A DNA stretch of 32,389 bases from an uncultured Clostridia bacterium (lineage in GTDB: Bacteria > Aerophobota > Aerophobia > Aerophobales > B3-G15), in the NCBI GenBank assembly GCA_964482715.1, contig CAYZYX010000021.1, positions 1 through 32,389 on the forward strand. The letters run 5' to 3'. The notes beneath the pieces are model-generated. The model was given only the letters and a program-made list of their open reading frames with translations, was not told the DNA's origin and did not search any database. Positions 1-9,905 of the stretch are shown here, piece after piece (within the stretch, counting starts at the first letter, position 1; every line of letters starts with the position of its first letter). Both the position numbers and the translations under genes were made by a program.

Positions 1-837
1 TTACTTAATTGCTCCGGCAGTAAGTCCCTGAACCAGTTTTCTCTGGATAAGCAAGAATAAGACAAGAACAGGTATGGTTGCAAGGAGAGATGCTCCCATC
101 AGGTAATGCCATTCGATCTCATATCTTCCCATGAACCTGAAAAGACCTACAGTAAGCAGTCTCATTTCAGGAGTGGAAGTAAATGTCAGGGCGATCATGA
201 ACTCATTCCAGGCCCAGATAAAAACAAAAATCACGGTAGCTACTATACCGGGAGCTGATAGGGGGAAAAGAATCCACCTTAAAGCCTGCATTCTGGAACA
301 TCCATCTATAAGGGCTGCTTCTTCTATTTCCAGTGGAATGGTTTGAAAGTATCCTGTCAAAAGCCAGACAGAAAAGGCCTGATTGAAAGCGGCAAAGGTG
401 ATAATTAAGGATTGGTAGGTATTTAGCATCCCCATCACTGCCATAGCCCGATAAAGCCCGATGATTATAACAATAGGGGAAAACATCTGAGTGATGAGGA
501 CCAGATACAGAAATGCCCTTCTTCCATTAAATCTTAATCTGGCAAGTGCATAGGCAGCTGGTATGGCTACACCAATAGCAAGTGCCGTTGCCCCCGAGGC
601 TACGATTATTGAATTTAAAAAATAGCGGGCAAGAGGAGCTATCTTCCACATTTCAATATAGTTGAGAAACCGAATATGATGAGGTATCCAGTAAGGTGGA
701 ATATGAAATACTTCAGCTTTAGGTTTTAAAGAAGTGGAAAGCATTACAAAAAATTGAAAGAGAATACAACAGGAAGTGATCACCGTGACAATGTATATAA
801 CTGTTTTACGCACAAAAGCTATTCTTTTCAGTCTCAA
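1..837 (-). CDS. Carbohydrate ABC transporter permease (MalG-like)
   Basis: Multiple TM segments; EAA loop 'FQTIPLEIEEAALIDGCSR'; 'WAWNEF'; C-terminal 'GLTAGAIK'. TTG start overlaps the upstream gene's TGA. Confidence 0.95.
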   Translation of the reverse strand: MRLKRIAFVRKTVIYIVTVITSCCILFQFFVMLSTSLKPKAEVFHIPPYWIPHHIRFLNYIEMWKIAPLARYFLNSIIVASGATALAIGVAIPAAYALARLRFNGRRAFLYLVLITQMFSPIVIIIGLYRAMAVMGMLNTYQSLIITFAAFNQAFSVWLLTGYFQTIPLEIEEAALIDGCSRMQALRWILFPLSAPGIVATVIFVFIWAWNEFMIALTFTSTPEMRLLTVGLFRFMGRYEIEWHYLMGASLLATIPVLVLFLLIQRKLVQGLTAGAIK

Positions 838-1706
838 TACAATTCACCTTTATAATAAATCGTTGTGTAAACCATACTAAAAGAAAGCAGTATTATAAAC
901 ACTATTATAGCCATGGCTGATGCCACACCAAAATCATTGTAAAAAAATGCCACCTTATAAAGATAAGTGATGATTATGTGGGTTGTATCTGCAGGATCTC
1001 CTCCAGTTACCGCCCAGATGATGGGGAAGGAATTAAAAACATATATCACGTTAAGCAGCACTGCTATTGTAAAGACCGGTTTTAAAAGAGGCATGGTTAT
1101 ATAGCGGAATCTCTGCCAGCTTCCAGCGCCCTCAACTTTAGCCGCCTCGTAAAGCTGCAGGGGGATTGACTGCAATCCTGCCAGAAAAACAGTGGTGGTA
1201 AAGGGAATGGAAACCAGAATTCCTATCCAGATCATCATGGGGAAAGATGTCCGCCATTCGGCCACCCAATTTACCCTCTCTCTAAGCGCGCCTATTTGAG
1301 ATAGAAAATGATTTAAGAGTCCATATTCAGGATTTAAAATCCATCTCCACACAAGAGCTGTAATTATAAGAGAGGTAGCCCAGGGGAGCATAAGTATACT
1401 TCTTGCAACACTTCTTCCCTTAAATCTTTCATTTAAAGCCAAACTTAAACCCAGAGACCAGATTATGGTAAATCCAACTACCCCCCCTGTCCATATAAAG
1501 GTATTGTTAAGAGATGTCCAGAACTCTTCACGGGAAAAAAGTCGGGTAAAATTCGTTAGCCCCCAGAACTTTAACCTGATTCCATAGGGATTTACCCTGT
1601 AAAAAGCGGTTAAGAAAGTATTTCCGATGGGGAAGAATATTACTGTGGCCATCAAAATTAAGCTTGGTACAAGGCAAAGATAGGCTATTTTTTGTTCTTT
1701 GGTCAT
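834..1706 (-). CDS. Carbohydrate ABC transporter permease (MalF/UgpA-like)
   Basis: EAA loop 'LAGLQSIPLQLYEAAKVEGAGSWQRFRYITMPLLKP'; 'WRWILNPEYGLLN'. Confidence 0.95.
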   Translation of the reverse strand: MTKEQKIAYLCLVPSLILMATVIFFPIGNTFLTAFYRVNPYGIRLKFWGLTNFTRLFSREEFWTSLNNTFIWTGGVVGFTIIWSLGLSLALNERFKGRSVARSILMLPWATSLIITALVWRWILNPEYGLLNHFLSQIGALRERVNWVAEWRTSFPMMIWIGILVSIPFTTTVFLAGLQSIPLQLYEAAKVEGAGSWQRFRYITMPLLKPVFTIAVLLNVIYVFNSFPIIWAVTGGDPADTTHIIITYLYKVAFFYNDFGVASAMAIIVFIILLSFSMVYTTIYYKGELY

Positions 1707-1736
1707 TTTAGCTTTTCGGTCCGGAGATCAAAATAT

Positions 1737-1764
1737 GGGCTATCGGAGAAAACTCCGATAGCCC
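1737..1764 (-). terminator. Intercistronic hairpin (mRNA stabiliser or partial terminator) after the binding-protein gene
   Basis: Perfect 12-bp inverted repeat GGGCTATCGGAG-AAAA-CTCCGATAGCCC, followed on the minus strand by ATATTTT (weak U tract). Confidence 0.7.
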
Positions 1765-1779
1765 GGTCATTGTTTGGAG

Positions 1780-3009
1780 TTAGAATCCAATGATTATCCG
1801 AGTATTGACCTCTCTTGCACAGTCTTCCATGGCTTGTTTTGGAGACTTTTCCCCCATATAGGCAAGTTGCATCTGTTTAACTATTTCTCCGGTTATCTCT
1901 TCCCAGTTGGGATGCATGGGCAAGAATTTCCCGTATGGTAGAAGATCAATAAAGGTCTTGAGATAGGGGACATCTTCTATTATTTTCTCGCCTACCACTT
2001 TTTTCTCGGGCAACATTCCCTCATTCACATCAAATTCCAGCCGGTAGTTGTCCTGATAGGCGAACTCAACAAATTTCCAGGCGGCATCCTTGTTGGGGGC
2101 ACCTTTATACATCATGAGAGTATCGGTTACAGCCATGGTCACCTGTCTCCTGTGAGCAGGGATAAGAGTTATACCGTATCTTAGATCCGGATTTTCCTTT
2201 TCGTTAATTTCTACCTGCCAGGGGCCGGTGATGAACATGCCGATTTTCCCCTGCGCAAAAACTTTTTGCATCTCATCACGGTTTATAGCCCAGGGTTCGG
2301 GATAGGTAACCTTATATTTACGAACAAGATCTACCAAGAATTGCATAGCCTCGATTCCTTCAGCACTGTCCACTATAAATTTTCCAGTTTCATCAAAAAA
2401 TTCTCCACCTGCAGCCCATAGAAAATAAGCATAGTAAGCTTCTCCTTCCCAGGTGGTGCAGGGAATGCCAAAGCCATAAAGTTCTGGAGGGTTGTGTATA
2501 GCTTTAGCCACAGCAAGAAGCTCTTCCCAGTTTTTGGGAGGAGCCATTCCCACTTTCTCTAAAGGGTCTTGCAAGTAGAACATAGCTCTTGCCGATACAG
2601 CAATAGGAATACCGTAAAGTTTACCGTCAATTACGGTGATATCAAAAAGAGACTGTATAAATTGCTCCTTAAACTCCGGAGTCATATATTTATCAAGAGG
2701 CTCAGCTACACCGGCAGAAATGTATTCGGGCAGCCAGATGGTGGCAATGTTGGCAAGTTCAGGGGGTTTACCGGCACCGATCATGGTGGTGAGTTTCTGG
2801 TGCAATGTTCCCCAGTCAATAACATCGACTACGACGTCGATGTCTGGATTGGCAGCCTCAAACTCGCTTGCTACCTTAGCCCAGTAATCATCAGTGATTC
2901 CGGTATGATAACGGGCAGCTACAAAGTGCACCTTGGTTTTAGCCAGTGCTATTCCGCTGGCTAAAAGCACAACCATTAACAATGCCACCAGTATCCATCT
3001 TTTTTTCAT
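1780..3009 (-). CDS. Extracellular solute-binding protein of a carbohydrate-type ABC transporter
   Basis: Sec signal peptide (MKKRWILVALL...ALA), 'DGKLYGIP', 'PPKNWEEL', 'FAQGKIGMFITGPW'; SD AAGGAGG upstream. Confidence 0.93.
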   Translation of the reverse strand: MKKRWILVALLMVVLLASGIALAKTKVHFVAARYHTGITDDYWAKVASEFEAANPDIDVVVDVIDWGTLHQKLTTMIGAGKPPELANIATIWLPEYISAGVAEPLDKYMTPEFKEQFIQSLFDITVIDGKLYGIPIAVSARAMFYLQDPLEKVGMAPPKNWEELLAVAKAIHNPPELYGFGIPCTTWEGEAYYAYFLWAAGGEFFDETGKFIVDSAEGIEAMQFLVDLVRKYKVTYPEPWAINRDEMQKVFAQGKIGMFITGPWQVEINEKENPDLRYGITLIPAHRRQVTMAVTDTLMMYKGAPNKDAAWKFVEFAYQDNYRLEFDVNEGMLPEKKVVGEKIIEDVPYLKTFIDLLPYGKFLPMHPNWEEITGEIVKQMQLAYMGEKSPKQAMEDCAREVNTRIIIGF

Positions 3010-3129
3010 CTCTCCCTCCTTGTAACTTGTAAAATGGTGACCTTTTTAAATTTCTTACTTTCCTCACCTCCTTAAGTTTATCTTTCCCGATTAAAGAAAT
3101 CATTTTTTTATTTAACCCCTCTTGAGATT

Positions 3130-3157
3130 AATTTACCAAAAATACTCATTTAGTCAA
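3130..3157 (-). promoter_or_regulatory. Sigma70-type promoter for the ABC operon
   Basis: Minus strand TTGACT (3157-3152), 16-nt spacer, TAAATT (3135-3130) preceded by an extended -10 TG. Confidence 0.6.
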
Positions 3158-3175
3158 TTTTCCAAAAATAAAAAA

Positions 3176-4198
3176 TTATAAATTGGGATAAGTTACATCC
3201 TCTTCCGGGTCTATAGCTTCAATCTTTAGTTTTGGGTTTATATCGGGAGATGGCTTTTGTAAAACTTCGATTCTAAAAAGTGAAGATCTGTACCAATCTA
3301 TCCCGGGATTCTTTTTTACAGGAAAGTTAAACCTGGCGATAAATGTTTCGTAGCTTACTGAATCATAGTTCATGGGATATTTAGAGAAGTCCCTGATTAT
3401 ATCGGTTATCATGCAACCTGTCTGGGTAACCATTTTCTCTATTTCGAGCCATTTTTTGGGTGAGGCTTCAAGGGTAGTTAAACCAAAATATCCGATACCA
3501 TTTTCTTTAAGACTTGTGATCCCGCGTAAAACAAACGCTTTTAAACCACTTAGTGTCTCTAAGGGCTCGGACGAAAAGACATCAAATTTTCCAACAAATT
3601 TTTCAGGTAAGGGATCACTTACATCATATTTTCGAAATTCAATGTTAAATCCGTATTCTTTGTTAACTGTGGTGAGAAAATCACTTAGTCTACCATCAAT
3701 GTCTAAGACCAATATTCTGGAAGGAAGTTTTGATAAGGAAAGAGCAACACTGAGAAGGTCGTCGTCCCCTATAAGGATAAAATCTTTCTTAAATAAATCA
3801 CCATAGTGGTGCATTAAAGCCACTCGGGCAACCGTGTCATACTCATGCATGTAACCCTGGAAGTAATCTAATGCAGGTAAAGGTCTTTTTTTAACTATTT
3901 CCCGAAATTTTTTCAGAACTTCATTAAATCTATCATCAAAAATTATTCTTTTACCAAAACACCTATTACAAAGTTTTCCTTCAAATTGAATATACTCGGG
4001 ATTAACCTCCTTTTTGCCTTCTTCGGTCAAAAATATTCTCTCTCCATCGGAATCAATAATCCCGTGTTTATAAAGCCTGTTAACTGTTTCTATAAAATCC
4101 CTTAAAGGAAAATGGTCTAAAGCTAAAAGCTCCCATATGCTCTTTTCTGACTTAGCCAGGTGCTGTATAATTTGGATCTCCAGCTTTTTGGAACTCAT
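3176..4198 (-). CDS. bpsA: Branched-chain polyamine synthase, N4-bis(aminopropyl)spermidine synthase (DUF43 family)
   Basis: 'ILIGDDDLLSVAL', 'VLDIDGRL', 'FDVFSSEPLETLSGLKAF', 'DYFQG', an N-terminal winged-helix-like region and CxxCxG; 340 aa fits the BpsA family. Confidence 0.88.
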   Translation of the reverse strand: MSSKKLEIQIIQHLAKSEKSIWELLALDHFPLRDFIETVNRLYKHGIIDSDGERIFLTEEGKKEVNPEYIQFEGKLCNRCFGKRIIFDDRFNEVLKKFREIVKKRPLPALDYFQGYMHEYDTVARVALMHHYGDLFKKDFILIGDDDLLSVALSLSKLPSRILVLDIDGRLSDFLTTVNKEYGFNIEFRKYDVSDPLPEKFVGKFDVFSSEPLETLSGLKAFVLRGITSLKENGIGYFGLTTLEASPKKWLEIEKMVTQTGCMITDIIRDFSKYPMNYDSVSYETFIARFNFPVKKNPGIDWYRSSLFRIEVLQKPSPDINPKLKIEAIDPEEDVTYPNL

Positions 4199-4440
4199 AG
4201 ATCTCCCTCTTTATTGTTTGTTTTTTTAATCTTTTTTGGATGAAATGAGTTCACTACAACATCAAATGCCTTTAGTGCGAGGCTTTATCCCCGCAGGTAA
4301 ATTTGGTGATAACAGGGAGGGGCTACAATATGGAGACCAGCTTCAGTTATACCCCTATCCAGGATCTTTTTAACTTTCTCCGCCCTGGATATTTTATCTG
4401 GATTAACGCCAAGAAGTTCTGCTATGATGCAGATGCCCAT
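4195..4440 (-). pseudogene. speD: Decayed S-adenosylmethionine decarboxylase proenzyme (SpeD/SpeH class 1B)
   Basis: From ATG 4440, 'MGICIIAELLGVNPDKISRAEKVKKILDRGITEAGLHIVAPPCYHQ' resembles the AdoMetDC N-terminus. 'FTCGDK' follows in a shifted frame (4301-4284). After an in-frame TAA (4287-4285), 'SLALKAFDVVVNSFHPKK' runs to a TGA overlapping the bpsA ATG. The central ESH...HTWPE core is absent. Confidence 0.8.
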
Positions 4441-4540
4441 GTTGAACACCTGCCCTGGAGCAATTGAATCAAAATGTCTTTTACTTTTGATAAATAAATT
4501 TATAGCACTCATAAAGACAAAGCAAGCTCTCTACTATAAT

Positions 4541-4556
4541 AGTTAAAATTTTAACT
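4541..4556. promoter_or_regulatory. Perfect 16-bp palindrome in the divergent promoter region, possible operator
   Basis: AGTTAAAATTTTAACT, just downstream of a minus-strand TTGACA (4567-4562). Confidence 0.35.
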
Positions 4557-4599
4557 TTCCCTGTCAAGTTTTTCGCCTCTTAGACTGACAAAAATGAGC

Positions 4600-4627
4600 T
4601 TGACAAACCCTTAGCTTTTATTATGGT
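4600..4627 (+). promoter_or_regulatory. Sigma70-type promoter for the amrS-uppP cluster
   Basis: TTGACA (4600-4605), 16-nt spacer, TATGGT (4622-4627); ATG at 4649. Confidence 0.55.
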
Positions 4628-4648
4628 TAGGGTTAAACGGGTAGGGCG

Positions 4649-5659
4649 ATGAAGGAAGCCATGTGGTACGAGAAGCTTGGGGAAGGGAAGGTACAATGTA
4701 ATTTGTGTCCTCACCAGTGTGTCATTCAGCCTGAAAAAAAAGGAATCTGTCAGGTAAGGAAGAATATAGATGGAACACTTTACTCTCTGGTTTATGGAAA
4801 AGTCATCTCCTGGGCTGTAGATCCTGTTGAAAAAAAACCTCTTTATCATTTTTATCCTGGAACAACTGCTTTTTCCCTGGCAACTTGTGGATGCAACCTG
4901 AGCTGTCGGAACTGCCAGAACTATACCATTTCACAACTTCCCAGAGAGATGGAACATATTCCCGGAGAGAAGTTTTCACCTGAAAAGCTGGTTGAAGTTG
5001 CTGAGGCAAAGGGAGCGGCAAGTATCGCTTACACCTATACTGAACCTACAATTTTTTATGAATATGCCCTTGATACCTGTAGATTAGCACATTTAAGAGG
5101 TATAAAAAATATTTTTGTAACCAATGGCTATATCATGCCTGATCCACTCAGGGAAGTAGCTTTATTTCTGGATGGGGCTAATGTGGATTTAAAATCTTTT
5201 CGTGATGAATTTTACCGAAGAGTATGTGGGGGTAGATTAAAGCCTGTTCTTGAAAGTATTAAATTGATGAGAGAAAAAGGAATATGGGTGGAGGTCACCA
5301 CTTTGATAATTCCTGGAATGAACGATTCACAGGAAGAACTTGAGCAAATTGCCGGTTTTCTTCTTGAAATAGGGGATAATATCCCCTGGCATTTAAGTAG
5401 ATTTTACCCTGCTTATAAAATGGAAAATCTTCCACCAACGCCTATTGAAATTCTGCACCGGACAAGAGAGATGGCTTTGAAGAAAGGTTTAAAGTATGTT
5501 TACGTTGGAAATGTTCCAGGTGATGAAGGTGAAAACACTTTTTGTCCGAATTGTGGAAGAATTGTAATTAAAAGAAGAGGCTACTTTATAACCGAGATCA
5601 ATATAAAAGAAGGTAAATGTATTTTTTGTGGTAATTTAATAGAAGGAGTGGGGCTTTGA
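4649..5659 (+). CDS. amrS: AmmeMemoRadiSam system radical SAM enzyme
   Basis: N-terminal 'CNLCPHQC...GICQVR', '[14 protein letters not shown]', radical SAM CxxxCxxC ('CNLSCRNC'), 'AYTYTEP', C-terminal CPNC/CIFC zinc ribbon. Confidence 0.92.
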   Translation: MKEAMWYEKLGEGKVQCNLCPHQCVIQPEKKGICQVRKNIDGTLYSLVYGKVISWAVDPVEKKPLYHFYPGTTAFSLATCGCNLSCRNCQNYTISQLPREMEHIPGEKFSPEKLVEVAEAKGAASIAYTYTEPTIFYEYALDTCRLAHLRGIKNIFVTNGYIMPDPLREVALFLDGANVDLKSFRDEFYRRVCGGRLKPVLESIKLMREKGIWVEVTTLIIPGMNDSQEELEQIAGFLLEIGDNIPWHLSRFYPAYKMENLPPTPIEILHRTREMALKKGLKYVYVGNVPGDEGENTFCPNCGRIVIKRRGYFITEINIKEGKCIFCGNLIEGVGL

Positions 5660-7116
5660 TGAAATACCAGGTTTATATTGGTCTTGAGGTTCATGTTGAA
5701 CTTTCCACTCAAAGTAAACTTTTCTGTGGCTGCCGGACAAAATTTGGAGCTCCACCCAATACCCAGACCTGTCCGGTTTGCCTTGGACTTCCAGGTGTAT
5801 TGCCAGTTATCAACCAAAAAGCAGTGGAGTACACTTTAATGACCGCTCTTGCTCTTAATTGTACCATAAATGAAAACTGTCGCTTTGCACGTAAAAATTA
5901 CTATTATCCTGACCTTCCTAAAAACTACCAGATATCTCAGTATGATGAACCTCTGGCCGAAAATGGATGGCTGGAGATAAAAGTCAACGGAAGAACTAAA
6001 AGAATCGGTATACAGAGGGTCCATCTGGAAGAGGATGCTGGCAAACTAATTCATGGTGATGATATGCAAGACTTGGAGGAGAAAAACTGGAGTTTTGTTG
6101 ACTACAATAGAGCGGGAATCCCTTTGATGGAAATTGTATCTTCCCCGGAGATAAGATCTCCTGAAGAAGCATACGAATACCTTGTGACCCTGCGCCGAAT
6201 TTTGCGTTATCTTAAAGTGAGTGACTGTAACATGGAAGAGGGATCTTTGCGATGCGATGCCAACATCTCTTTAAGCGATAAGCCAGGTAAAATGGGAACC
6301 AAGACAGAACTCAAGAACATGAACTCCTTTAAGGAACTTAGAGAAGGATTAAAGGCCGAGATAAGAAGACAAATGGAACTTCTGGAAAAAGGAGAGAAAG
6401 TAATTCAAGAGACTCGTCTATGGGACCCCAGGACAAAAAGAACTTATGCTATGAGAGGTAAAGAAGAAGCACATGATTACCGCTATTTTCCAGAACCTGA
6501 CCTTCCTCCTCTTTATATAGATAAAAACTTAATTGAAAAAATCAAAGCTCAAATTCCAGAATTACCTCAACAACGTTTTCAAAGATTTATAACTCAGTAT
6601 GGCCTTCCCGCCTACGATGCATCTGTTTTAACTGAATCACGTGATGTGGCTGATTACTTCGAGGAATGTGTAAAACTTTTTCCTAAGCCTAAGGTTGTGA
6701 GTAACTGGATAATGAGTGAAATTATGAGGTTTTTAAAGCAAGAAGAACTTGTTACCATTAAGATAAGTCCTGGAGGAGTTGCAGATCTTTTAAGTGAAGT
6801 AGAAAAGGGGACACTGAGCACCAGCATGGCAAAGGAGGTTCTGGAGGAGATGTTTAGAACCGGAAAAGGAGTATCTCAAATCATAGAGGAAAAAGGAATG
6901 AGGCAGATAAGTGACCACCAAAGTATAGAACAAATGGCTGATGAAGTTATAAGAGAGAATCCTAAAGCGGTAAAAGACTGGCAAAAAGGAAAAACCCAGG
7001 CAGCAAAGTTCCTGGTGGGTCAGCTTATGCGAAAGACAAAAGGCAAGGCCAATCCTCAAATTGCCAATCAGGTGATAGAGAGAAAACTAAAGTCCCTTTC
7101 CAGAGAAGAAACATGA
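5659..7116 (+). CDS. gatB: Asp-tRNA(Asn)/Glu-tRNA(Gln) amidotransferase subunit B
   Basis: 'IGLEVHVEL', '[19 protein letters not shown]', 'HLEEDAGK', '[10 protein letters not shown]', '[12 protein letters not shown]'. ATG 5659 overlaps the amrS stop (TGATG). Confidence 0.98.
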   Translation: MKYQVYIGLEVHVELSTQSKLFCGCRTKFGAPPNTQTCPVCLGLPGVLPVINQKAVEYTLMTALALNCTINENCRFARKNYYYPDLPKNYQISQYDEPLAENGWLEIKVNGRTKRIGIQRVHLEEDAGKLIHGDDMQDLEEKNWSFVDYNRAGIPLMEIVSSPEIRSPEEAYEYLVTLRRILRYLKVSDCNMEEGSLRCDANISLSDKPGKMGTKTELKNMNSFKELREGLKAEIRRQMELLEKGEKVIQETRLWDPRTKRTYAMRGKEEAHDYRYFPEPDLPPLYIDKNLIEKIKAQIPELPQQRFQRFITQYGLPAYDASVLTESRDVADYFEECVKLFPKPKVVSNWIMSEIMRFLKQEELVTIKISPGGVADLLSEVEKGTLSTSMAKEVLEEMFRTGKGVSQIIEEKGMRQISDHQSIEQMADEVIRENPKAVKDWQKGKTQAAKFLVGQLMRKTKGKANPQIANQVIERKLKSLSREET

Positions 7117-8018
7117 AAAAAGATTTTCTTTCAATATGGGATTTTACTACAGAAAAGATCTATCAAATTTTTGAGCTGGCCAATCGTCTTCGTAAGGTGA
7201 TGAAAAACGGTCAACCATTTTATCCTCTAAAAGGGAAAAACATAGCTCTTATTTTTGAGAAACCATCAACAAGGACAAGAGTGTCCTTTGAGGTAGCAAT
7301 TAATCAACTGGGAGCAAACTCTATTTTTCTTTCAACTCAGGATATTCATCTGGGAAAAAGCGAGTCTCTTGAAGACACAGCAAGGGTTCTTTCACGCTAT
7401 GTTCAGGGTGTGATAATTCGTACCTTTGAACATGAGAGGTTGGTGAGATTTGCCAGTATAGCCGGTATTCCGGTGATTAATGCTCTCTCTGACCTTTTAC
7501 ATCCCTGCCAGGCAATGGCTGACTTTTATACTCTCTGGCTCAAAAAAGATTTAAAAAAAATAAAACTGGCATGGGTTGGAGATGGAAATAACGTTTGCCA
7601 TTCTCTCATTTTAGGAGCAGCAAGGCTGGGAGTAAATATGGTGGTTTCTACTCCAGAAAAATACCAGCCTGAGCCTTCCATAGTGGAGAAAGCACAAGAT
7701 GCAGGGGGAAAAATTGAAATTATTTCCCAGCCCAGAGAGGCTGTAAGGGGGGCAGATGTGGTTTATACCGATGTCTGGGTCAGTATGGGTCAGGAACAGG
7801 AAAAAGAGGAAAAAGAGAAAATCTTCCAGGAATATCAGGTAAATCCCTCTCTTTTAAAATTGGCAAAACCAGATGTGGTAGTTATGCACTGTCTTCCTGC
7901 ACACCGGGGAAAGGAAATAACCGATGAGGTAATGGATGGGAAAAACAGTATTGTCTGGGAACAGGCTGAAAATAGACTGCATATTCAAAGAGCCATTCTT
8001 ATTGAAATCATGAGTTGA
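7113..8018 (+). CDS. argF: Ornithine carbamoyltransferase
   Basis: '[13 protein letters not shown]', 'HPCQ', 'GDGNNV', 'DVWVSMG', 'HCLP', 'QAENR'. Confidence 0.97.
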   Translation: MKKDFLSIWDFTTEKIYQIFELANRLRKVMKNGQPFYPLKGKNIALIFEKPSTRTRVSFEVAINQLGANSIFLSTQDIHLGKSESLEDTARVLSRYVQGVIIRTFEHERLVRFASIAGIPVINALSDLLHPCQAMADFYTLWLKKDLKKIKLAWVGDGNNVCHSLILGAARLGVNMVVSTPEKYQPEPSIVEKAQDAGGKIEIISQPREAVRGADVVYTDVWVSMGQEQEKEEKEKIFQEYQVNPSLLKLAKPDVVVMHCLPAHRGKEITDEVMDGKNSIVWEQAENRLHIQRAILIEIMS

Positions 8019-8024
8019 GGCAGG

Positions 8025-8690
8025 ATGGATATTTATTCTCAACACGAATGGGAAGTCAGTGTTGAAGAAGCTTTGAAAATTCAGGAAATACTGAAAAAGA
8101 AAATCTGTCTTTGTAAACCTCATAGATTAACCAAAGTTGCGGCCGCTGATGTAACCTATCTGGGAAATAAAGCGACAGCGGGAGTGCTTGTTTTCACCTA
8201 TCCCGGACTGGAGCTATTAGAAGAAGTTTTAGTTTCTCAACCTGTGAAATTTCCCTATATACCGGGTTTACTGGCATTTCGGGAAGCACCCCCTATCATC
8301 GAAGCACTTAAAAAGGTAAAAGAAAAAGTTGATCTTTTAATGTTAGATGGACACGGAATAGCTCATCCCCGCAGAATGGGAATTGCCACACACCTGGGGA
8401 TATATCTGGAGATGGCCTCTCTTGGATGTGCTAAATCTAAACTCACAGGTACACACTCTCCTTTACCACCAGAGAGGGGTTCTTATCAGCCTCTTTACGA
8501 TGATAAAGAGATGATAGGATGGGTAGTTAGAACAAGATACAACACTAAACCTGTTTTTGCCTCTCCGGGTAACTTTATAGATTTTAAAACGACCCTGGAG
8601 GTGGTTTTAAATTGCAGTCGAGGTTACAGGATTCCCGAACCTTTAAGACTTGTTCATCTTCTTGTAAATAAAAAAGTTAAGGTGGGTTAA
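8025..8690 (+). CDS. nfi: Endonuclease V (deoxyinosine 3' endonuclease)
   Basis: 'FPYIPGLLAFRE', 'DGHGIAHPRRMGIATH', 'GCAKSKL', 'RIPEPLR'. Confidence 0.96.
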   Translation: MDIYSQHEWEVSVEEALKIQEILKKKICLCKPHRLTKVAAADVTYLGNKATAGVLVFTYPGLELLEEVLVSQPVKFPYIPGLLAFREAPPIIEALKKVKEKVDLLMLDGHGIAHPRRMGIATHLGIYLEMASLGCAKSKLTGTHSPLPPERGSYQPLYDDKEMIGWVVRTRYNTKPVFASPGNFIDFKTTLEVVLNCSRGYRIPEPLRLVHLLVNKKVKVG

Positions 8691-9905
8691 ATGAAGGATG
8701 GGAAAATAAAAAAAGTTGTTCTGGCTTATTCGGGAGGGTTAGATACTTCCGTTATTCTGCGGTGGTTGATGGAAAGGTACGGTGCAGAGGTTATAACTTT
8801 TACCGCTGACCTTGGCCAGGGAGAAATTCTGGAAAAAGTAAAAGAAAAAGCCCAAAAAACAGGAGCAAGTAAAGTTTATGTCAAGGATTTAAAAGAAGAA
8901 TTTGCTTCTAAATTTATTCTTCCAGCACTTAAAGCAGGAGCTATTTATGAAGAGGGTTACCCTCTGGCTACAGCACTTGCTCGTCCTCTAATTACCCGTG
9001 AACTTGTCAATATAGCCCTGCAGGAAAATGCTGAAGCCATTGCTCATGGATGCACCGGTAAAGGTAATGATCAGGTGAGATTTGAAGTTACTGCCCGCGC
9101 TATTTGTCCTGAAATCAAGATCATCGCACCAGTTAGAGAGTGGGAATTTTCCTCGCGGGAGGAAGAAATTGAGTTTGCCCGATCCAGAGGAATTCCTGTA
9201 GAGGTAAAGCAAAAGTCTCCCTATTCTCTTGACCGTAATCTCTGGGGGATAAGTATTGAGTGTGGATCTTTAGAGGATCCCTGGACTCAGCCACCTGATG
9301 ATTGTTATCAGTTAACGAAATCCCCTGAAGAGGCGCCTTCAACACCCTTCTATGTTGAAGTAGAGTTTGAAAGGGGCTGTCCTGTGGGGTTGAATGGCAA
9401 AAGATATTCTCTGGTTGAATTGATTCAGAAATTAAACAAAATAGGCGGAGAGCATGGAGTGGGCAGAATAGATATGGTGGAGAACAGATTGGTGGGAATA
9501 AAATCAAGAGAGGTTTACGAGGCTCCAGCAGCAGTTATTTTACATGAGGCACATCATCAACTTGAGAGTTTAACTCTGGACAAAGAGACTCTGCATTTTA
9601 AACCCCTCATCTCACAGAAATACGCAGAGCTAATTTATAACGGCCTCTGGTATGCACCCCTGAGAGAAGCCCTTGATGGGTTTGTAGAAAAAACCCAAAA
9701 GTGGGTCAGTGGGAAGGTAAAAGTTAAACTTTACAAGGGGAACTGTCAGGTAGTAGCCAGAAAATCCCCCTATTCACTTTACGATATAAAACTGGCAACC
9801 TACACAAAGGAGGATGTTTTTGATCAAAAGGCTTCTGCTGGATTTATTCACATATGGGGTTTGCCCTTAGAGAGTCTTGCCCGAATAAGGAGGGAACATA
9901 AGTGA
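8691..9905 (+). CDS. argG: Argininosuccinate synthase
   Basis: 'VVLAYSGGLDTS', 'HGCTGKGNDQVRFE', 'GIKSREVYEAP'. Confidence 0.98.
   Translation: MKDGKIKKVVLAYSGGLDTSVILRWLMERYGAEVITFTADLGQGEILEKVKEKAQKTGASKVYVKDLKEEFASKFILPALKAGAIYEEGYPLATALARPLITRELVNIALQENAEAIAHGCTGKGNDQVRFEVTARAICPEIKIIAPVREWEFSSREEEIEFARSRGIPVEVKQKSPYSLDRNLWGISIECGSLEDPWTQPPDDCYQLTKSPEEAPSTPFYVEVEFERGCPVGLNGKRYSLVELIQKLNKIGGEHGVGRIDMVENRLVGIKSREVYEAPAAVILHEAHHQLESLTLDKETLHFKPLISQKYAELIYNGLWYAPLREALDGFVEKTQKWVSGKVKVKLYKGNCQVVARKSPYSLYDIKLATYTKEDVFDQKASAGFIHIWGLPLESLARIRREHK

Noticed and set aside
1-3009. ABC transporter as a polyamine (PotABCD) importer because it adjoins bpsA
   Set aside because: Permeases and binding protein are carbohydrate-type, and the operon has its own promoter. 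The missing ATPase may lie outside the window or be shared.
4285-4512. 75-aa ORF as an intact hypothetical protein
   Set aside because: Better explained as the 5' part of the decayed speD with a spurious upstream extension.
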